A stretch of 48,987 nucleotides of DNA from Chromera velia (Eukaryota): positions 1 to 48,987 of the forward strand of contig JAHBMJ010000389.1 in assembly GCA_018398765.1 (NCBI GenBank), written 5' to 3'. The notes under the pieces are model-generated. The model worked only from the letters and a program-made list of their open reading frames with translations, was not told where the DNA came from and searched no databases. Shown piece by piece: positions 1-13,068 of the stretch. Every line of letters starts with the position of its first letter. Position 1 is the stretch's first letter. Position numbers and translations under genes: made by a program.

Positions 1-429
1 AGACACCACTGAACAAATGTCACTCCCTTCGATTTCATATTTTCCATCCCTCGCCTCTCTATTCTCATCACTTTCCTGTCGAGCATTATGATCTGTTCCA
101 TCCCTCGCCTCTTTATTCTCGCCACTCTTTTGTCGAGCATTATCCTTTTCCTTCTCTTTTCCATCTCCCCCTCCCGATTCTTTTTGCCTTTCGTTCTCCC
201 CCGCCTCTTTATTTTCACCTTCTGTGTTAGTTTCTTTTCTTTCTCCCACTACCCCCTTCCTTTCCTCCAAACCCCCTTCCACTTTGCATTTCAGTTTCCT
301 CTCCTCTTGAGGGTAAACCACGAAGGCGGTTGAAGAAGATGAGTGAGGGAACACTGCTGGGATGGCCTGATTAGAACCTTTCCGGTCCTTCTTTTTCATC
401 CGCTCCGTTGCCGTCTTCGTACCGTTCAT
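1..429 (-). CDS. 5' part of an unknown, charged low-complexity protein running off the window edge
   Basis: A minus-strand frame is open from the stop at 583-585 to position 1 and is absent from the ORF track because it has no stop inside the window. ATGs at 576, 540 and 429 (MNGTKTATERMKKKDRKG...EGENKEAGENERQKE...DNARQKSGENKEARDG). Contains an imperfect 18-aa tandem duplication at about 44-143. The start codon is uncertain. Confidence 0.55.
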   Translation of the reverse strand, partial: MNGTKTATERMKKKDRKGSNQAIPAVFPHSSSSTAFVVYPQEERKLKCKVEGGLEERKGVVGERKETNTEGENKEAGENERQKESGGGDGKEKEKDNARQKSGENKEARDGTDHNARQESDENREARDGKYEIEGSDICSVVS

Positions 430-965
430 CGACTGCCTGTCTCTTTCAAAAGAACGACCCTCTGGGTTAGCTGAGCTGCCCCCCGAGGCGCGATGCGGTG
501 TCCGCGACGAAATGAGTCTGAACGGCAAGCGCCCCGGCATGCATGTCCCGCCACGGCGCCCATGGATGCCGCACATGCAGTATTATAATATAGGTTTGGT
601 TTGCCGGGGCCCCGTTGGTGGGATGGCACCAAAGAGTCATTTCTATACGCGTGTGATCGATACATGGACGAAGGTTTGAAGGTTTGAAGGCAGAAGGAGA
701 AAGAGGCGGCCTCAAATACTTCCCCCCATATTCAATCTGACACGGAGCCGCACGCAGCGAGTGCCACACGGACTGCGTGACTGCTTGTTCCTGCGGTACA
801 GGACGGTTGCTTTCTGTTTTACCCCATCATTGAAGATGTACCGATAGAAATTTAGGGGGTGACAGTCTCTCTCCAGTGGGTTGACCAACCCGTCCATCTG
901 TTGTGAAACGCCCAGGAATTCTGTAGTACGCTCTCTCAATCTCCTTCAGACTTGCATCTGCCACA

Positions 966-3597
966 ATGGACCGTTTTTGTGCCACCATTCCGTTTATTTC
1001 TTCGCAAAGGAATCAGAGGCAGCTGCCGAAGGACCAGAAGACCCCCAAGAGAACCAAAGACAAAGAAAGGGATGGTGGGGGGTCCTCTTCATTGTACAGT
1101 AGTAACATGGGAGGGTCGTCAGATACAGGAGCCGTGAATCCAGACGGCAGCAGCACAGACGCCCTCTTTGTTCATATTCTCCAGAGAACCGTTTCAGATT
1201 TGTATGACCAACAAATTCCCCCTGTTGCCTCCGAAATTGGCAGACGGCTGGATGTCAATCTCCGGCTTCACCTGCAGACGGAGAGGGGAAAAACAGGGGA
1301 GAAGGAGACAGACACTCGAAGGGACAAGGAGACTGGAGACCTTTTGAGAGCGACTTTTGTCGACGTATGTCAGAGACACCCCAACATCTTTCACGTAGTC
1401 GAAGTGGCCACGGGCCAGTCATGGCAAGAGAAACTCCAGGAGGGCCCCACACGCTCCCCTGCCGTCATAAAAGTTGATCCAAATGGCCCAGGAAAGCGAA
1501 AAGAGAAAGAAAGCAGTGAGCCCACCACCAGCATTCGTCCCCCCGCTGGAGGTTCTGCTTCTCGTCTCGACTTGATGAGAACTTTTGTTTTCCTCCGAAA
1601 CTGTCCAAGGGCCTTTGAGGGCTTTTTGGATCCGAAGCTCTGCACCGAGGGGCAAAAGGAGTTTCCTGCGCTCTTCTTTGCCCTCCTTCTGGAGTTCCTC
1701 CTTTCTCTCAGCGGAAACGAAGCAACCGTGCCTGGGGCCCTCCCTTCCCCCGACCCTCCAGAGAAAAAGAGGGGAGACAAGAAGGCGGAGGAGAGGGACT
1801 CTGGAGGAGACCCGAATGGCGCAGTTTCCCCCACCTCTCCCGCAGCTCCCTGCTCAACAGGGGCGGCATCATCTGAGGTCTCCACTCGCCCCCCCACTTC
1901 GCTCAACGCAGGCAGACGCGTGAGGGTGCACTGCAGGGCAGAACCAGGAAGGGAGGGGAGGGGGGATCCGCCAGAGGACAGATCGGGGGGCAGAGACAGT
2001 GGCGAGCCCTGCAGTGAACCTTCCAGCACGGGGGACGGTCCACAGCAGAGAGTGGTCACTCCTGCAGAGCGTGCCCGTTCGTCTCTGCAGAAATCTGCCT
2101 TGTGGGACCTGGAGGACTTCCTCTCCCCCCCGTCTCCTCGGTCGAGTTCTTCCGACCCCCTGCACCAGCCTGCAGAGGGGGAAGGGGGGGCCTCAACTCC
2201 CCGAAACATCCCGCAAGGAGGGGCGTCTACCCTCCGGTTTGACAACGTTGGCCCGCATCCTCCTGCAAAAATGGGGGGGGGGGACGGAGAGGGGGGACGA
2301 AAACAACAACAGAGAAGCAGGGAAGCGGAAGGGGCGGCAGGGGGCGGGAGCGGTGCGCCTTCGTTGACAGTCCGGAATATCTGTCCGGCATCCCAGAGGG
2401 GCCGTGTGCCCCGGCATGCCTATGCTTTCCTGGGCCCCTTTCTTAGAGGAGGCCGATTCCTCTTGGCCGTTGACCTTCAAGAGAACGCGCAGTCCCCCCT
2501 GAGGGCTCTGTCTCTGGGTCGCCTGAACGTTTTGGTGCAGGCAGCCGTGGAGGCAGGGTTGGTTGCGTATGAGAACAATTGCGTAAAGCCTGTGGCATGC
2601 TGTGTGCTGCCGTCGGAAGCAACAGCCGTGGCAGTGGCACGGGCAGTGCTTGCGTTGCAGAAACAGAGCGGCGGCCGTCTCGCCGCGTTGGGAGACGGGG
2701 GGGGGGAGTCGTCGGCCGTTTCGTGTCGGCGAAAGGGTGAGGAGGATCCAGGCGGGGTGGCAAGGGGGGGGGATGCATCGAGTCCTCTTTCTGCCTCTGT
2801 GCACCCCTCTACTGGAAGGGAGGGAAGGAGGGTTAGGGGACAGGAGGGAGCGTCGGTCGCGGCTGATGGGGGAGATGAGAGAGAGGAAAGGGTAGAGGAG
2901 GAGGAGGAGGAGTTCTCCCCCGAGAAGAAGGGAGACGGGGAAGAACAGGAGGAGACGGATCAAACGATAGAGGAGCAGCTGGATCTCGTCAGAAAGAGAA
3001 TCGTCAAACTTGTTGGGAAACACAAAAACGGTCGGTGTGTCACAGAGTGAGGACAAAAAGCTTCTAGGAAGGTTGAGGATTTTCTGGTTCGCCTTCAGTT
3101 TCTTTCGCTCTTCGCTCCCTTGTCGAAAGATAAAATAGAATTGCGTCAAACTTGGCCGAACTTCGTTGTTTTTTCCTCTTTCACTTCTTTCCGAAGAACC
3201 TTAAAATTCTTTGACTGAGACTTTCCTGCTGCCTGGGCTGGACTGTGCCCCTGGGAATGCTTGCACTCACTCACTCACTCACTCACTCACTCACTCCAAC
3301 CTGTCTCACATGCATGGGGCACTCTCCAACTGACAGACAGACATTGTTTTTTGTCTTTCGAAGCCCCCCCCCCTCTCTGTTGATATCTATTCATCCTGCC
3401 CGCCTCTGTTTCTGCCTTCGTACGTTGCAGGTCTCTGTCTGAGCCACGTGCGCATGTTCTATGAGGAAGAGTTCAAAGAATCCCTGCAGGTGGGTAGGTC
3501 TGTCTGTAAGGTGAGGGGGCGGGATTTGGTGTGTGAGGAGGACACCCGGAGATCTGCATGGGGTGCGGGTGCGAGTGCGTGACTGACTGGCTGACTT

Positions 3598-3636
<39 letters not shown>

Positions 3637-6600
3637 CTGTGTGTATGTGTGTATGTGTGTGTGCGTATGCGTGCGTACTTGTTAATGTGTGTGCACCAAC
3701 GTTCCCTTTGCCTGTCTATGGGGCTCCTTGATCTCCTGTCTTCAGTTCTCTTTTTTGTCACACTGTGAAGGAGCGAAAAGAAAGAAACTTATGTTCTGTC
3801 CCCCAGTTTTTGCGTTTCTTTGCAACAGAATTTGTTCCTTTGCGTCTCTCTCTCTCTGCCTTCCCGAACGTCTGCTTAATTCTCTGCAGGTTCTTCACCT
3901 TGGGTTTCCCAAGTTGAAGGCTTTCCTTGAAAGGGGGATGCTGGGCTTGGTTGAGGTTGTTCCTTGCGGTCCATTCCGTAACCTTTTGAGACTTCCCTCT
4001 TCCTCCTCCTCCTCCTCTTGCTCTGGGGAGGGGGGGGGCTCTCCTTCCTCCTCCACCGAGGAAGCTCAGTTGGGGAAGGAGCGCCGCCAGAGACAGGGGG
4101 TGCACAGTGTGGAGACCTGGGAAGGCCCCCCTTCTCATCCTCATCCTCATCCTATGCAGTCGTCCTCCTCCTCCTTTTCCTCTGCCTCCCTTGACCCGGG
4201 AGGTCTTCAGCAGCAGCAGCAGCAGCAGCCAGCTGCAGGCAAGACCTTCAACCAGAGTGGGCAGAGGCTGCAGGAGATTGGGGGGGGATCCGCAAGAAGC
4301 AACAAGACACCGAGCCCCTCTGGGGCCTTTGGGGGCGTTTTGGAAAATGGCTCTGCGATGTTGACGGCTCAACAGGTCTGTTGAAATAAGCACACTGAAG
4401 GAGTTTCTAGGAATCCTTCTGCACACAGACAAAATTTCGTCTCTTCCTGCCTCAGTGCACAAGATGCTCCTACCTTGAAACCAAAAGAAGAAAACTGTAG
4501 TTGACGCTGACCGTCCGCCCAAGCCTCTCAATACATCATAGAGACAGAACCTGTTTGTCTGATGTGGAATGTTCCGTTATCTCTCTCCGCCTCCCATCAG
4601 CCTTTTTTCTTCCATCTTCGAATTTGCATGGAGGATCTGAGGATCTATGCGCATTCTGTATGAAAGACTCTTCTTCGTCTCTGTCTTTTTTTTTTAGCTG
4701 TCCCTGCATCTTCGTCCACATGTTCATACGAGCCTCTGATTTTCTTTCTTTGTGCAGCCGAGAGACGGCATGACGCTTCGCCCAGCCGGAGAGAATGCAG
4801 GACCGTCGGGGGGGACGGGTGTTCATCGAGAGACTTTGGGTGGTGAGGCGGCAGCGGCAAAAGTTGCATGGGTGCAAGGAGAAAGAGAGAAAGAGAGGCC
4901 ACTGCACTCCCCCACCTCCCTCCCCCCTCCTTCCTTCCTCTCATCCGTACTGCCGAGAAAGGTGGCTTCCCTTGTCAGACGTAGAAGGCCAGAGAGTTTC
5001 GTGTCGTTCCTTTACTGGCAGGCCCTCTCACCCCACCCTTGGCGGACCCTGGCCACAGAGGGCGAGGGTGAAGAGGGCGCAGAAGGGGAACGGGGGGGTG
5101 TCGCCGCTGCTGCTCACGGGGACTGTCTGTTCTCCAGCGAGGACGATTTCCCGATGGTCTGCGCATTCCTCCCTCCCTCCCACCCCCACGCGCACGAAGC
5201 CTCCAACTTTGCACTCACAGCCGGTCTCCGGGTCAACTCCGACTCCGCCCTGGACCCCGGCATGGCCTCGTGGTTGGGCGTGCAGCGCCAGGGCCCGGGG
5301 CCCTCAGAATCCCTTCAGCAGCCCCCCCAACAGGCGGCGCTTTCTAGGGCAAAGGAAGGGGATCAGGGCACCGACGTCTCAGGTCTTGTGTTGCCCCCAG
5401 ACAGTCTGACAGGGTGTCGGAGAGCACTGCGTCGTTTGAAGCGTTTTGTGCCTCTTTACGTCTCCCCCTTCGTTTCCTCGGGTGTGTACGCCTCCTGGGG
5501 GCTCCCTGGAGCAGCGGCCTTCAGGGACCTCTCCCGTGTGTCCCTGCAAATGTCGGGGGCAGAGAGGGACGGGCAGGGGCCGCAGTCAAACCTGCCTGCC
5601 CCTCCTTCTTCTCACTCCCTTGCGCTTCAACAAGACGCTCATCAGCAGCAGCAGCAACAGCAACAGTACACACAGCAGCAGCAGCGGCAGCAGATGTCTG
5701 GTGACTCTCCACAGGCTGTTGCTGCTGGGTTTGAGAGAGAGCAAGAGAAGCCCTGGGGTTCATTTGTTGGAGAGAGGGAAGAGTGGGCCCACGGGGTAGC
5801 AGGGGACGCCTGTGACATCCCCAGGTTCTCCTCCCTGATGCCCCCCCAGGGAGACCACGAGGACCCCCGCCAGGACTCTTGGCAAGAAGCGTGTGTGCGG
5901 TTCCTCTCCTGTCCAGCAGCCGCCCCTCTCCCCCTGTCTTCTTCCAGTGAAGACGCAGGAGGTGTTTGTCTGCGCATGGATACTGGAGGGGGGGCTGACG
6001 GTGGGTCTCTCAAGGAGGCCAGAAATAGAGAGTCAGAGGGCATCTGCGGCATCGTGGGGGGGTCTAGGCCCTCCAAGGTGAAAGAAGGTCCAGGAAACCC
6101 GTCTCCCCCCCCTCCCCCAGGGTTTGAAAAGACTGACAGACAGAGAGGAAAGGGGAGAGGTGAGGTTGTTGAGGACACACCACGTCCCCAGCATTCCATC
6201 TCCGTCGGGAAGACCAAAAGAGTCGTGCCGTCTCCCGGACGTGCACTGTGCAGCACGCAGGACGCATCGTCAGTTTCTCGTGCAGGACATGCCATCACCC
6301 CCCAGAGTTGCGACACGTACTTTCCCTTGAATCATTCCCCTTCCCTATTTCCGCTCTCCAGTGCAGAGGCAGATCTAGAAAGTGGAATTGCAAAGAGGTC
6401 ATCTCCGTCCCTGTCGGTGCCCCCAGAGACCACCCGCACAGGCTTGGAGACTACCACGACCACCCTCGTCTCCTCTTCAGCCACAGGCCCTTCTTCCCTT
6501 CTCGCACAGACAGCAGCTGCAGGCCCCGGTCCGCTGCTGGGGAGTCTGCCCTCTTTCGTTGAGCATGCGAAGAATGCAGGTGCAGCGCTGGCACAGGAGG

Positions 6601-8105
6601 GCAGTGAATCGGTGGCGGGTGTGTGGCGCGCTCTCCGTTCGTCTGAATTCTGGACTTTCCCTTTTGCGAGTCTTCAAGGGGGGGGACAGTCAGACTCCCC
6701 CACCAGCAAGGCAGCAGAAAGCAAGTGGACGAGAGGAGCAGCCACCATAGCAGCCGTGCCGTGGCCCCCTCTGTTCTCCTCCAGCAGTTTTGATGATGAG
6801 GGCACTGCAGGGGCCTCCAGCAGAAGCAGACCAGACTCCCCTCTCGAGGACACAGACAAACACAACACCACCACCAGCAGCAGACTTCTCCTTCTCAGCA
6901 GCAGCAGCCACCGACAGACAACCGACGCACAAAGTACAGTGGCGTCTCTCGCGTCCTCCCACCCGTTCTCTTCCTCCTCTGTACCCCCACAATTCCCCCG
7001 TCATCACACCGTAGCCACTCTTTCAGTAGCTTCATTCCCTGCTGTCGTTGCAGCAGCAGTAGATTGTGCAAGCCCCGAGGGATCCTCCTCCCCCTGCTGG
7101 AATGGGAATGAGGGGAGGGCGGCTTCGTTCCCCACAGTTGCGGGGGCCAGTCAGGGGGAGGACAAAATGGGATTCAGAGACGATCATTTCCCCCCATCCT
7201 TGGCAATACCCGCCTTTGTTGATGCCCTGACAACAGAAACGGAGCAGGTCAGGGACCGCCCCGGTCCCCTTTTCTCTGCACCCCCTCGACATCCACCTCC
7301 GACGAAAATTTACCCCCAGCACCAAAACACCATGCACCCTCACAGCGACCCATGCACGCGACACCCCCCCGAGCTCATTCCAGACGTTCTTTGCCCCCTT
7401 CCCCCCACGGGGGACCTGCTGAAAGAAGAAGAAGAAGAAGCAGGACACGACACTGATCTCTTCCCAGCACCTCCCCCATTCCCCCCCCCTCCGCCTCCGA
7501 GAGGAAACCGTTCGGGAAGCGGAAGACGGAGACGGCAACGGGATGGCTCGAGTGTGGGTGCCACCGGAAAGTCGCTGTCTTCCGTGTGCTCACGGGCATC
7601 CCTTCTTTCCTCCCTATCGAACGACGCCATCGACCTCACGCGACAGAGCACGGTCTGCAGCAATGCCGTCAAGTGCACACCCACCCTCGAACCACGGCAG
7701 CCGACCATCCAGCCCTTCTCTCACACAGTCCGGGCACATCGCCCATCTGCCCCTCTTCTCCCTGCACCGCCGCCTGCTCACGAGAGGGATCAGCTCGAGG
7801 GACCCCCTTTTCCTTTGCAACCACACGCCCCCCGAGGCGCACTGCTGCTGCCACAACGGACCCCCTCTTCGCGGTCCTTCTCGACTGCTGGCTCAGAGTC
7901 CCTGGGCGTCCGTCCCCCCCCCCTGGACCCTCTGAATCAACTTGGGGGTCTGGCCGGGCATCCCCGGGAGGTCTTTTTCTCTTCCTCTTCTCCTCCCCAA
8001 ACGGAAAGGGGCATGGGCTCAGGCGCAGAGACGGGCCCCCTAATGCCTAGGCCGTGGGTGCACCCGCATGAGAAGAAGGGCAGGGGGAATGGGAAATTCA
8101 GATAG
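966..8105 (+). CDS. OHA (OST-HTH-associated) + LOTUS/OST-HTH domain protein, ~1985 aa, Md1-like domain set; exons 966-3030, 3431-3489, 3890-4375, 4758-8105
   Basis: All three introns are GT-AG with matching phases (5958 nt total). Splicing rebuilds a LOTUS-like motif: RIVKLVGKHKNG-LCLSHVRMFYEEEFKESLQ-VLHLGFPKLKAFLERGMLGLVEVV. Exon 1 has an OHA-like motif, GGRFLLAVDLQ...LSLGRLNVLVQAAVEAGLVAYENNCVKP (~2448-2591), and a helical N-terminal block, LQRTVSDLYDQQIPPVASEIGRRL. The rest is low-complexity. Domains were assigned by motif recall, not by HMM search; the start could be the later ATG at 1107. Confidence 0.75.
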
Positions 8106-10574
8106 ACGAGTGGAAGGAAACCGCGCGAGGAGTCGAGAGAGTGACGTGCTAGACGCAATGGGGAGGTAGCTGTTATCGTTTTCCCGTCTTCGGGTGTTTG
8201 TTTGTGCATTTCCTTCCTTCCTTCCTTTCTGCCCGTGAGGGCATGTCGGCCTGTCTGTCTGTCTGTCTGCATGTGTGTGTGTGTCTCCTAGCTCGATCGA
8301 TCTGTATGTGTCGAATGCGACCCTATCGAAGCCGAAAAAGGGAAAGAGGAGGAGGGCAGGAGTCGAGGAGGAAGGACACAAACTCAAATGGTAGATGCAT
8401 GGATGAGAAGAAAGGGATCCATACCCTTTGCAGGTGATGGAATCTCAAATATCTTTATTTATTTTTTGAGCAAAATCGACCTTTAAGGGCCTTCCGATGT
8501 GTTTCTTTACCCTTCTGTTTGCTCTCTCTCTCTCTCGAAAGGAAGGAACACACACAAATACTGCCAGCCATGCACGGTCCTCTTTCTACACCCTCTTCGT
8601 TCCTTTCCTTTCATCTTCTTTCTCTTCTTTCTAGCAAGCCCATTGGTAGAACCAACGTCGTCAAGCAGGTGTAGACATTGCCGGAGCTCCTCTGCTGCTT
8701 GTCTTCTCTCTCTCGCTGTGGTTCCTGTTCCCACTTGCGTGTGGTAGATCGATACAAAGAAAGCAAAAAAGGAGAAAGAAATTAAAGATTCAACATTGAT
8801 TTTGGAAGTCTTCTTTTCCTTCTGCCCTCTCTTCTCTTCTCTTCACTTCTCTTTGCATGCACGCACACACTCTTTCCCTTCCCGCTATGTTGCCTGTATC
8901 GTCTGTCCTTTCTGTCTGTCTGTCTGTCTGTCTTTGTGTGTGAATGTCACCATTCGTTCTTGCCTTCCTCCCATCCATTTGAGCAGCAGAAGGGGCGAAA
9001 GAAAGCCCCAGTAGGAGCTTAATGTGGGCCTAGTGATGGTAGAAAAAAACAGAGCGACCGAGATTCATGTGCTCATTCCTCCTTACCATTCTTTCTCTCA
9101 CTGTGTTTTTTCCCCCGAATTTCTTCTCCTCTCTTCTCCTGTGCCGGTTCGAGCCAGCTGGCTGGCTGGCTGCCTGCCTCTTCTTCTTTTTTGGGAAAGC
9201 GGGGGGGGAAGGGAGAAGGGGCAAGCAGTCCATCTTCGTGTGGCCCGCTTTCTTGTCCTTTGTGTGTGCCCCTCTCTCTCTCTCTGTTGTTTGTCCTTTG
9301 TCGCAAAGTGAGTGACTGAGAGAGAGAGAAGAAAGAAAGAGAAAGAGAAAAGTGAGAGGGAGGGTCCGTCCCTCCCGTCTCGTTTTATTTTGTCGTTACT
9401 GTTTCTTCGAAAGAAAGAAAGAAAGAAAGACCCTCTCCTTTTTTTGTTTGGTCCTTTTTTGTTTTTTGTCCGTCTACATGCTTTCGTACTGTAAACAAGT
9501 TGATGGCATAAGCAAGCAATAGACTCGATCGAACTGAATTGAATTGAATTGAATTGAATTGAAGGACGGCATCCTTTCCCCTCTCCTTCTCCCTCCTCCT
9601 CCCTGTCCTTTTTCTCTTCTTCGTTTCTTCGACAGTGATTGCATCCCTTCCTTCCTTCCTCCTCCTGTCACCGACTCGATCGTACAGTGCGGCTGTTTCT
9701 CTCTTGTCGCTGCTGTGGAAGCAAGACGGTGTTTTCATGGAAATAAGAATGTGAACATTAATTTAGATGCATGGAGAATGCATGACGTTGAAAGGAAAGG
9801 AAAGGAACGGAATGTACGTGGGGGGAAGGGGGCAGGGCTGTTGTTTGGTTTCTTTCGTTGTTTGCTTCGTTCTCTCTCTTCCTTCTTTTTCTGTCACACT
9901 AGTTGCCTGCCTGTTTGTTTGTCTCCTTTTCTTTTCATCGGAAGAGGGAAGCCGGCCGTTTCTCTCAGTCAGTCAACCTCTTGCCTGCTTGCCTGTCTGC
10001 CTGCCTGCCTGCCTGCCTGCCTTTTTTGTCTTCTCTTTTGGACGACACAATGATGCTGTCCAGTTCATTGAATCGATTCATTCCGCCATTCGTTCGTTCA
10101 TTGGTTCATTCATCTATCTGCATGTTCATTCACTGCCAGCTTTCATTTCTCTCCCTTTGCTCGTGGCCAGTCTCTGCTGAATCTGGCTCTTCCTTCTCTT
10201 GTTTTTTCTTCCTTCTGCCCTTCAATCAAAAGATTCTTCCTCTTTCCGGGAGTTCCCGGAAGTGCCCCCCCGCCTCTTGCCGTCGGCTTGGGCGGCTCTC
10301 TCTTTTGGTTTTGTGATGAGGGAAGAAAAGTGCGGTATGGTATGGTATGCCTGTCTGCATGTCTGCCTGCCTCCAACAGATCAGGAAGGAGAAGGGGGGA
10401 GTCTCACATCCGAGTGAGATGAGACAATAAATAAATTCGATCAAAAGAGAGAGAGAGAAAGAAGTTTCGCTGTCAAAACGCCTGTAAGCCTCCCAGCTTG
10501 CTTGCCGGTTCCACTTTAAGTTTAAACTACCTGTCTACCCGAATGAAAGGAAGGTTTTGTCTGACCTTGCCATT

Positions 10575-10660
10575 TTAGCTCCAATTAACAATTTCACCCT
10601 CTTTCACATTGTCTGCCTGTTCCGGGTTGGCTTCGATCGAAGTCTGGCCGCCTGACGGAC
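10575..10660 (-). CDS. possible terminal exon of an unresolved minus-strand gene
   Basis: A strong polypyrimidine acceptor (ttttttttggtttccag) is followed by GPSGGQTSIEANPEQADNVKEGEIVNWS*. Upstream exons were not identified and could lie in the N gap. Confidence 0.25.
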
Positions 10661-11072
10661 CTGGAAACCAAAAAAAAAAGGAAAAAGACAAAAAAAAAAA
10701 CAAATCTTTTGTCAATTCCTCTGTCTGTGCACATTCTCCCTGAACGCGGAATTCGACAAATAGTGCGCGAATACAAGTGTGTGTCGGTGGAAGGACATAG
10801 CGCACATGCAATGTGTATTGGGAGCGCGCGTCCCTCTCGCCTAGCTGTCTGGTCTGTCTGTCTGTCTGTCTGAAAAAATTGAATGAACGAGGGAACAAAA
10901 GATCCGATCCAACGCGGTGCACCCACCCTATTCATTCATCCTCTTGTCTGGTTTTAGCAGTGGCAGAAAGGCGCGAAGAAGCAGTAGCTGGAAGAATCGA
11001 AAGAAGGAGAGAGAGGGTGGCGGCCTTCCGTCCTTTTTGCCCGTCAGTTTTTCTTTTTGGCATGCAATTAGA

Positions 11073-11108
<36 letters not shown>

Positions 11109-12125
11109 CAGAGAGAGAGAGAGAGTGAGTGAGTAAGTGAGTGAGGGAGTGCGCGCTTATGACTGGACTTCTTTTTGCTTCTGGCCAGAGTGTGGCTGTG
11201 TGCTGTCTGGCAGCAGCAGCGCACAGGACATGAATGACTCCATGCATGCATGGGACGAGGTACGATTTGAATAGAAAATATGTGCTGAATTGTCGACGAG
11301 TCGACAGAAAATCAGCCTCAGTGCTTGTGTCTGTCTGCGCTGTCGCGTAGGCATTCACGCAAAGGATGTGTGCGTCGTTTCAGAAAGTGAAAGTGTGTCC
11401 GCATTTTGTCCGCATTTGTGTAGGCGGTTCGCTCTCTCTGCTTCGCGCAGGAGGCGAACGGTCGTTTGAGAAGTACAGAAACAGGAAGAAGCAGAGGTGT
11501 TCGAAGCCCGTATGGGAGTGAAGGGGAGAGGCCGGGTAAAATTCAAAAACTCTCATTGGAGAGGAGAAAGGGGGAAGGAGTCAAGGGAAGGGAAGGGGGG
11601 GGACGGCGGCTGTGATAGGACCGATGGCTGGATGGAGGAGCGGTCGCTCTTCTTCGGTCTCTTTTTTTGTCTCTACGTGCCTTTTCTCCCGCCCCCTCTG
11701 TATCGGTGTCAGTGTGACCATTGTGTCTGTCTGTCTGTCTGGTGCCATAATCGGTCGATCGATGAATGGACCGAGTTCCTTCCGATCGTCTGTTTGTTGT
11801 GTGGATGCATCTATCTACTTTTGCCCCATTTTGCAAGAGAACTTCTCTCTTCCTTCCATCCCTCTGTCTCTTTTGCTCCTTCATTAAGATTTCGCACTAA
11901 GCTTAGACTTTCATTCCAGGTGGAGGGGAGAGAGTGTGTGTGCGGCTCCTCTCAGCCCTCCGCACTTGGTGGAGTCGGGATTGCCTTTTCTTTTCTTCTT
12001 TCTTTCTTTCAATTAGATGCTCTCATCTCACCCTCTGTCTGGAGGGGAAAGAAGGAGGGCCATCAAGTAATGCGAAGCAGCATGGGCTCTGGCCCAACTT
12101 CTTTCTCGAGCGATCGACTGACCAG

Positions 12126-12160
<35 letters not shown>

Positions 12161-12712
12161 TTTTTGTTAATATAAATGCGTGGTTTGGTTTTCGGCCGAC
12201 CTGCGCTTCCCTTCTCGCTCCTTTGCACGAAAAGAAAGCCAACGACAGCCGTTGACCCCTTCCTTCAGGTCAGGGACAGAGGATCAAGTGATCATTCGGT
12301 CCAACAGAGAAGAGAAGAAGAGAAGAGAAGAGGAGTGAAGGGAAAGGAAAGGAGAAAATCCTCCGCTATTCGCCTCTCGGACTGTTTTTCTCTCCTTGTC
12401 CGGGCAAGGTTGAGTGAGTGAGTGAGTGAACAGAGACTCCACGGTGCTTTTTGTCTCGAAGGAAAACTGGAGCGTCTCCCAATCTCTCTGGAGAACGACC
12501 GTGAAGGAAGGGGAGGGGAGGGAAGGGAAAAGACCGGATGAATGAAGTTGCAAGTGTCAGGAACGAAACGTGCTTTTGTCTTGTTTACCCCAGACACAGA
12601 CACAGAAAAAAAAAGCGGAAGGTTCATATCCACCTGTACTTTGATCTGTTTCTTTATCTCTCTGCCTGCCTGCCTAACATTCCTTGTTCTGTTTTTGTCC
12701 CCCCCCCCCCCC

Positions 12713-13068
12713 NNNNNNNNNNNNNNNNNNNNNNNNNNNNNNNNNNNNNNNNNNNNNNNNNNNNNNNNNNNNNNNNNNNNNNNNNNNNNNNNNNNNNNNN
12801 NNNNNNNNNNNNNNNNNNNNNNNNNNNNNNNNNNNNNNNNNNNNNNNNNNNNNNNNNNNNNNNNNNNNNNNNNNNNNNNNNNNNNNNNNNNNNNNNNNNN
12901 NNNNNNNNNNNNNNNNNNNNNNNNNNNNNNNNNNNNNNNNNNNNNNNNNNNNNNNNNNNNNNNNNNNNNNNNNNNNNNNNNNNNNNNNNNNNNNNNNNNN
13001 NNNNNNNNNNNNNNNNNNNNNNNNNNNNNNNNNNNNNNNNNNNNNNNNNNNNNNNNNNNNNNNNNNNN
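12713..13068. other. assembly gap (356 N) flanked by poly-C runs
   Basis: Run of N in the sequence. Confidence 1.

Noticed and set aside
1391..3149. 284-aa and 318-aa minus-strand ORFs
   Set aside because: Antisense shadows of the GC-rich LOTUS gene exon 1.
8106..12712. Many 60-250 aa ORFs on both strands
   Set aside because: They translate microsatellites and pyrimidine/purine tracts (LSVCLS, THTH, ERER) and show no domain; more likely UTR, intron or intergenic sequence.
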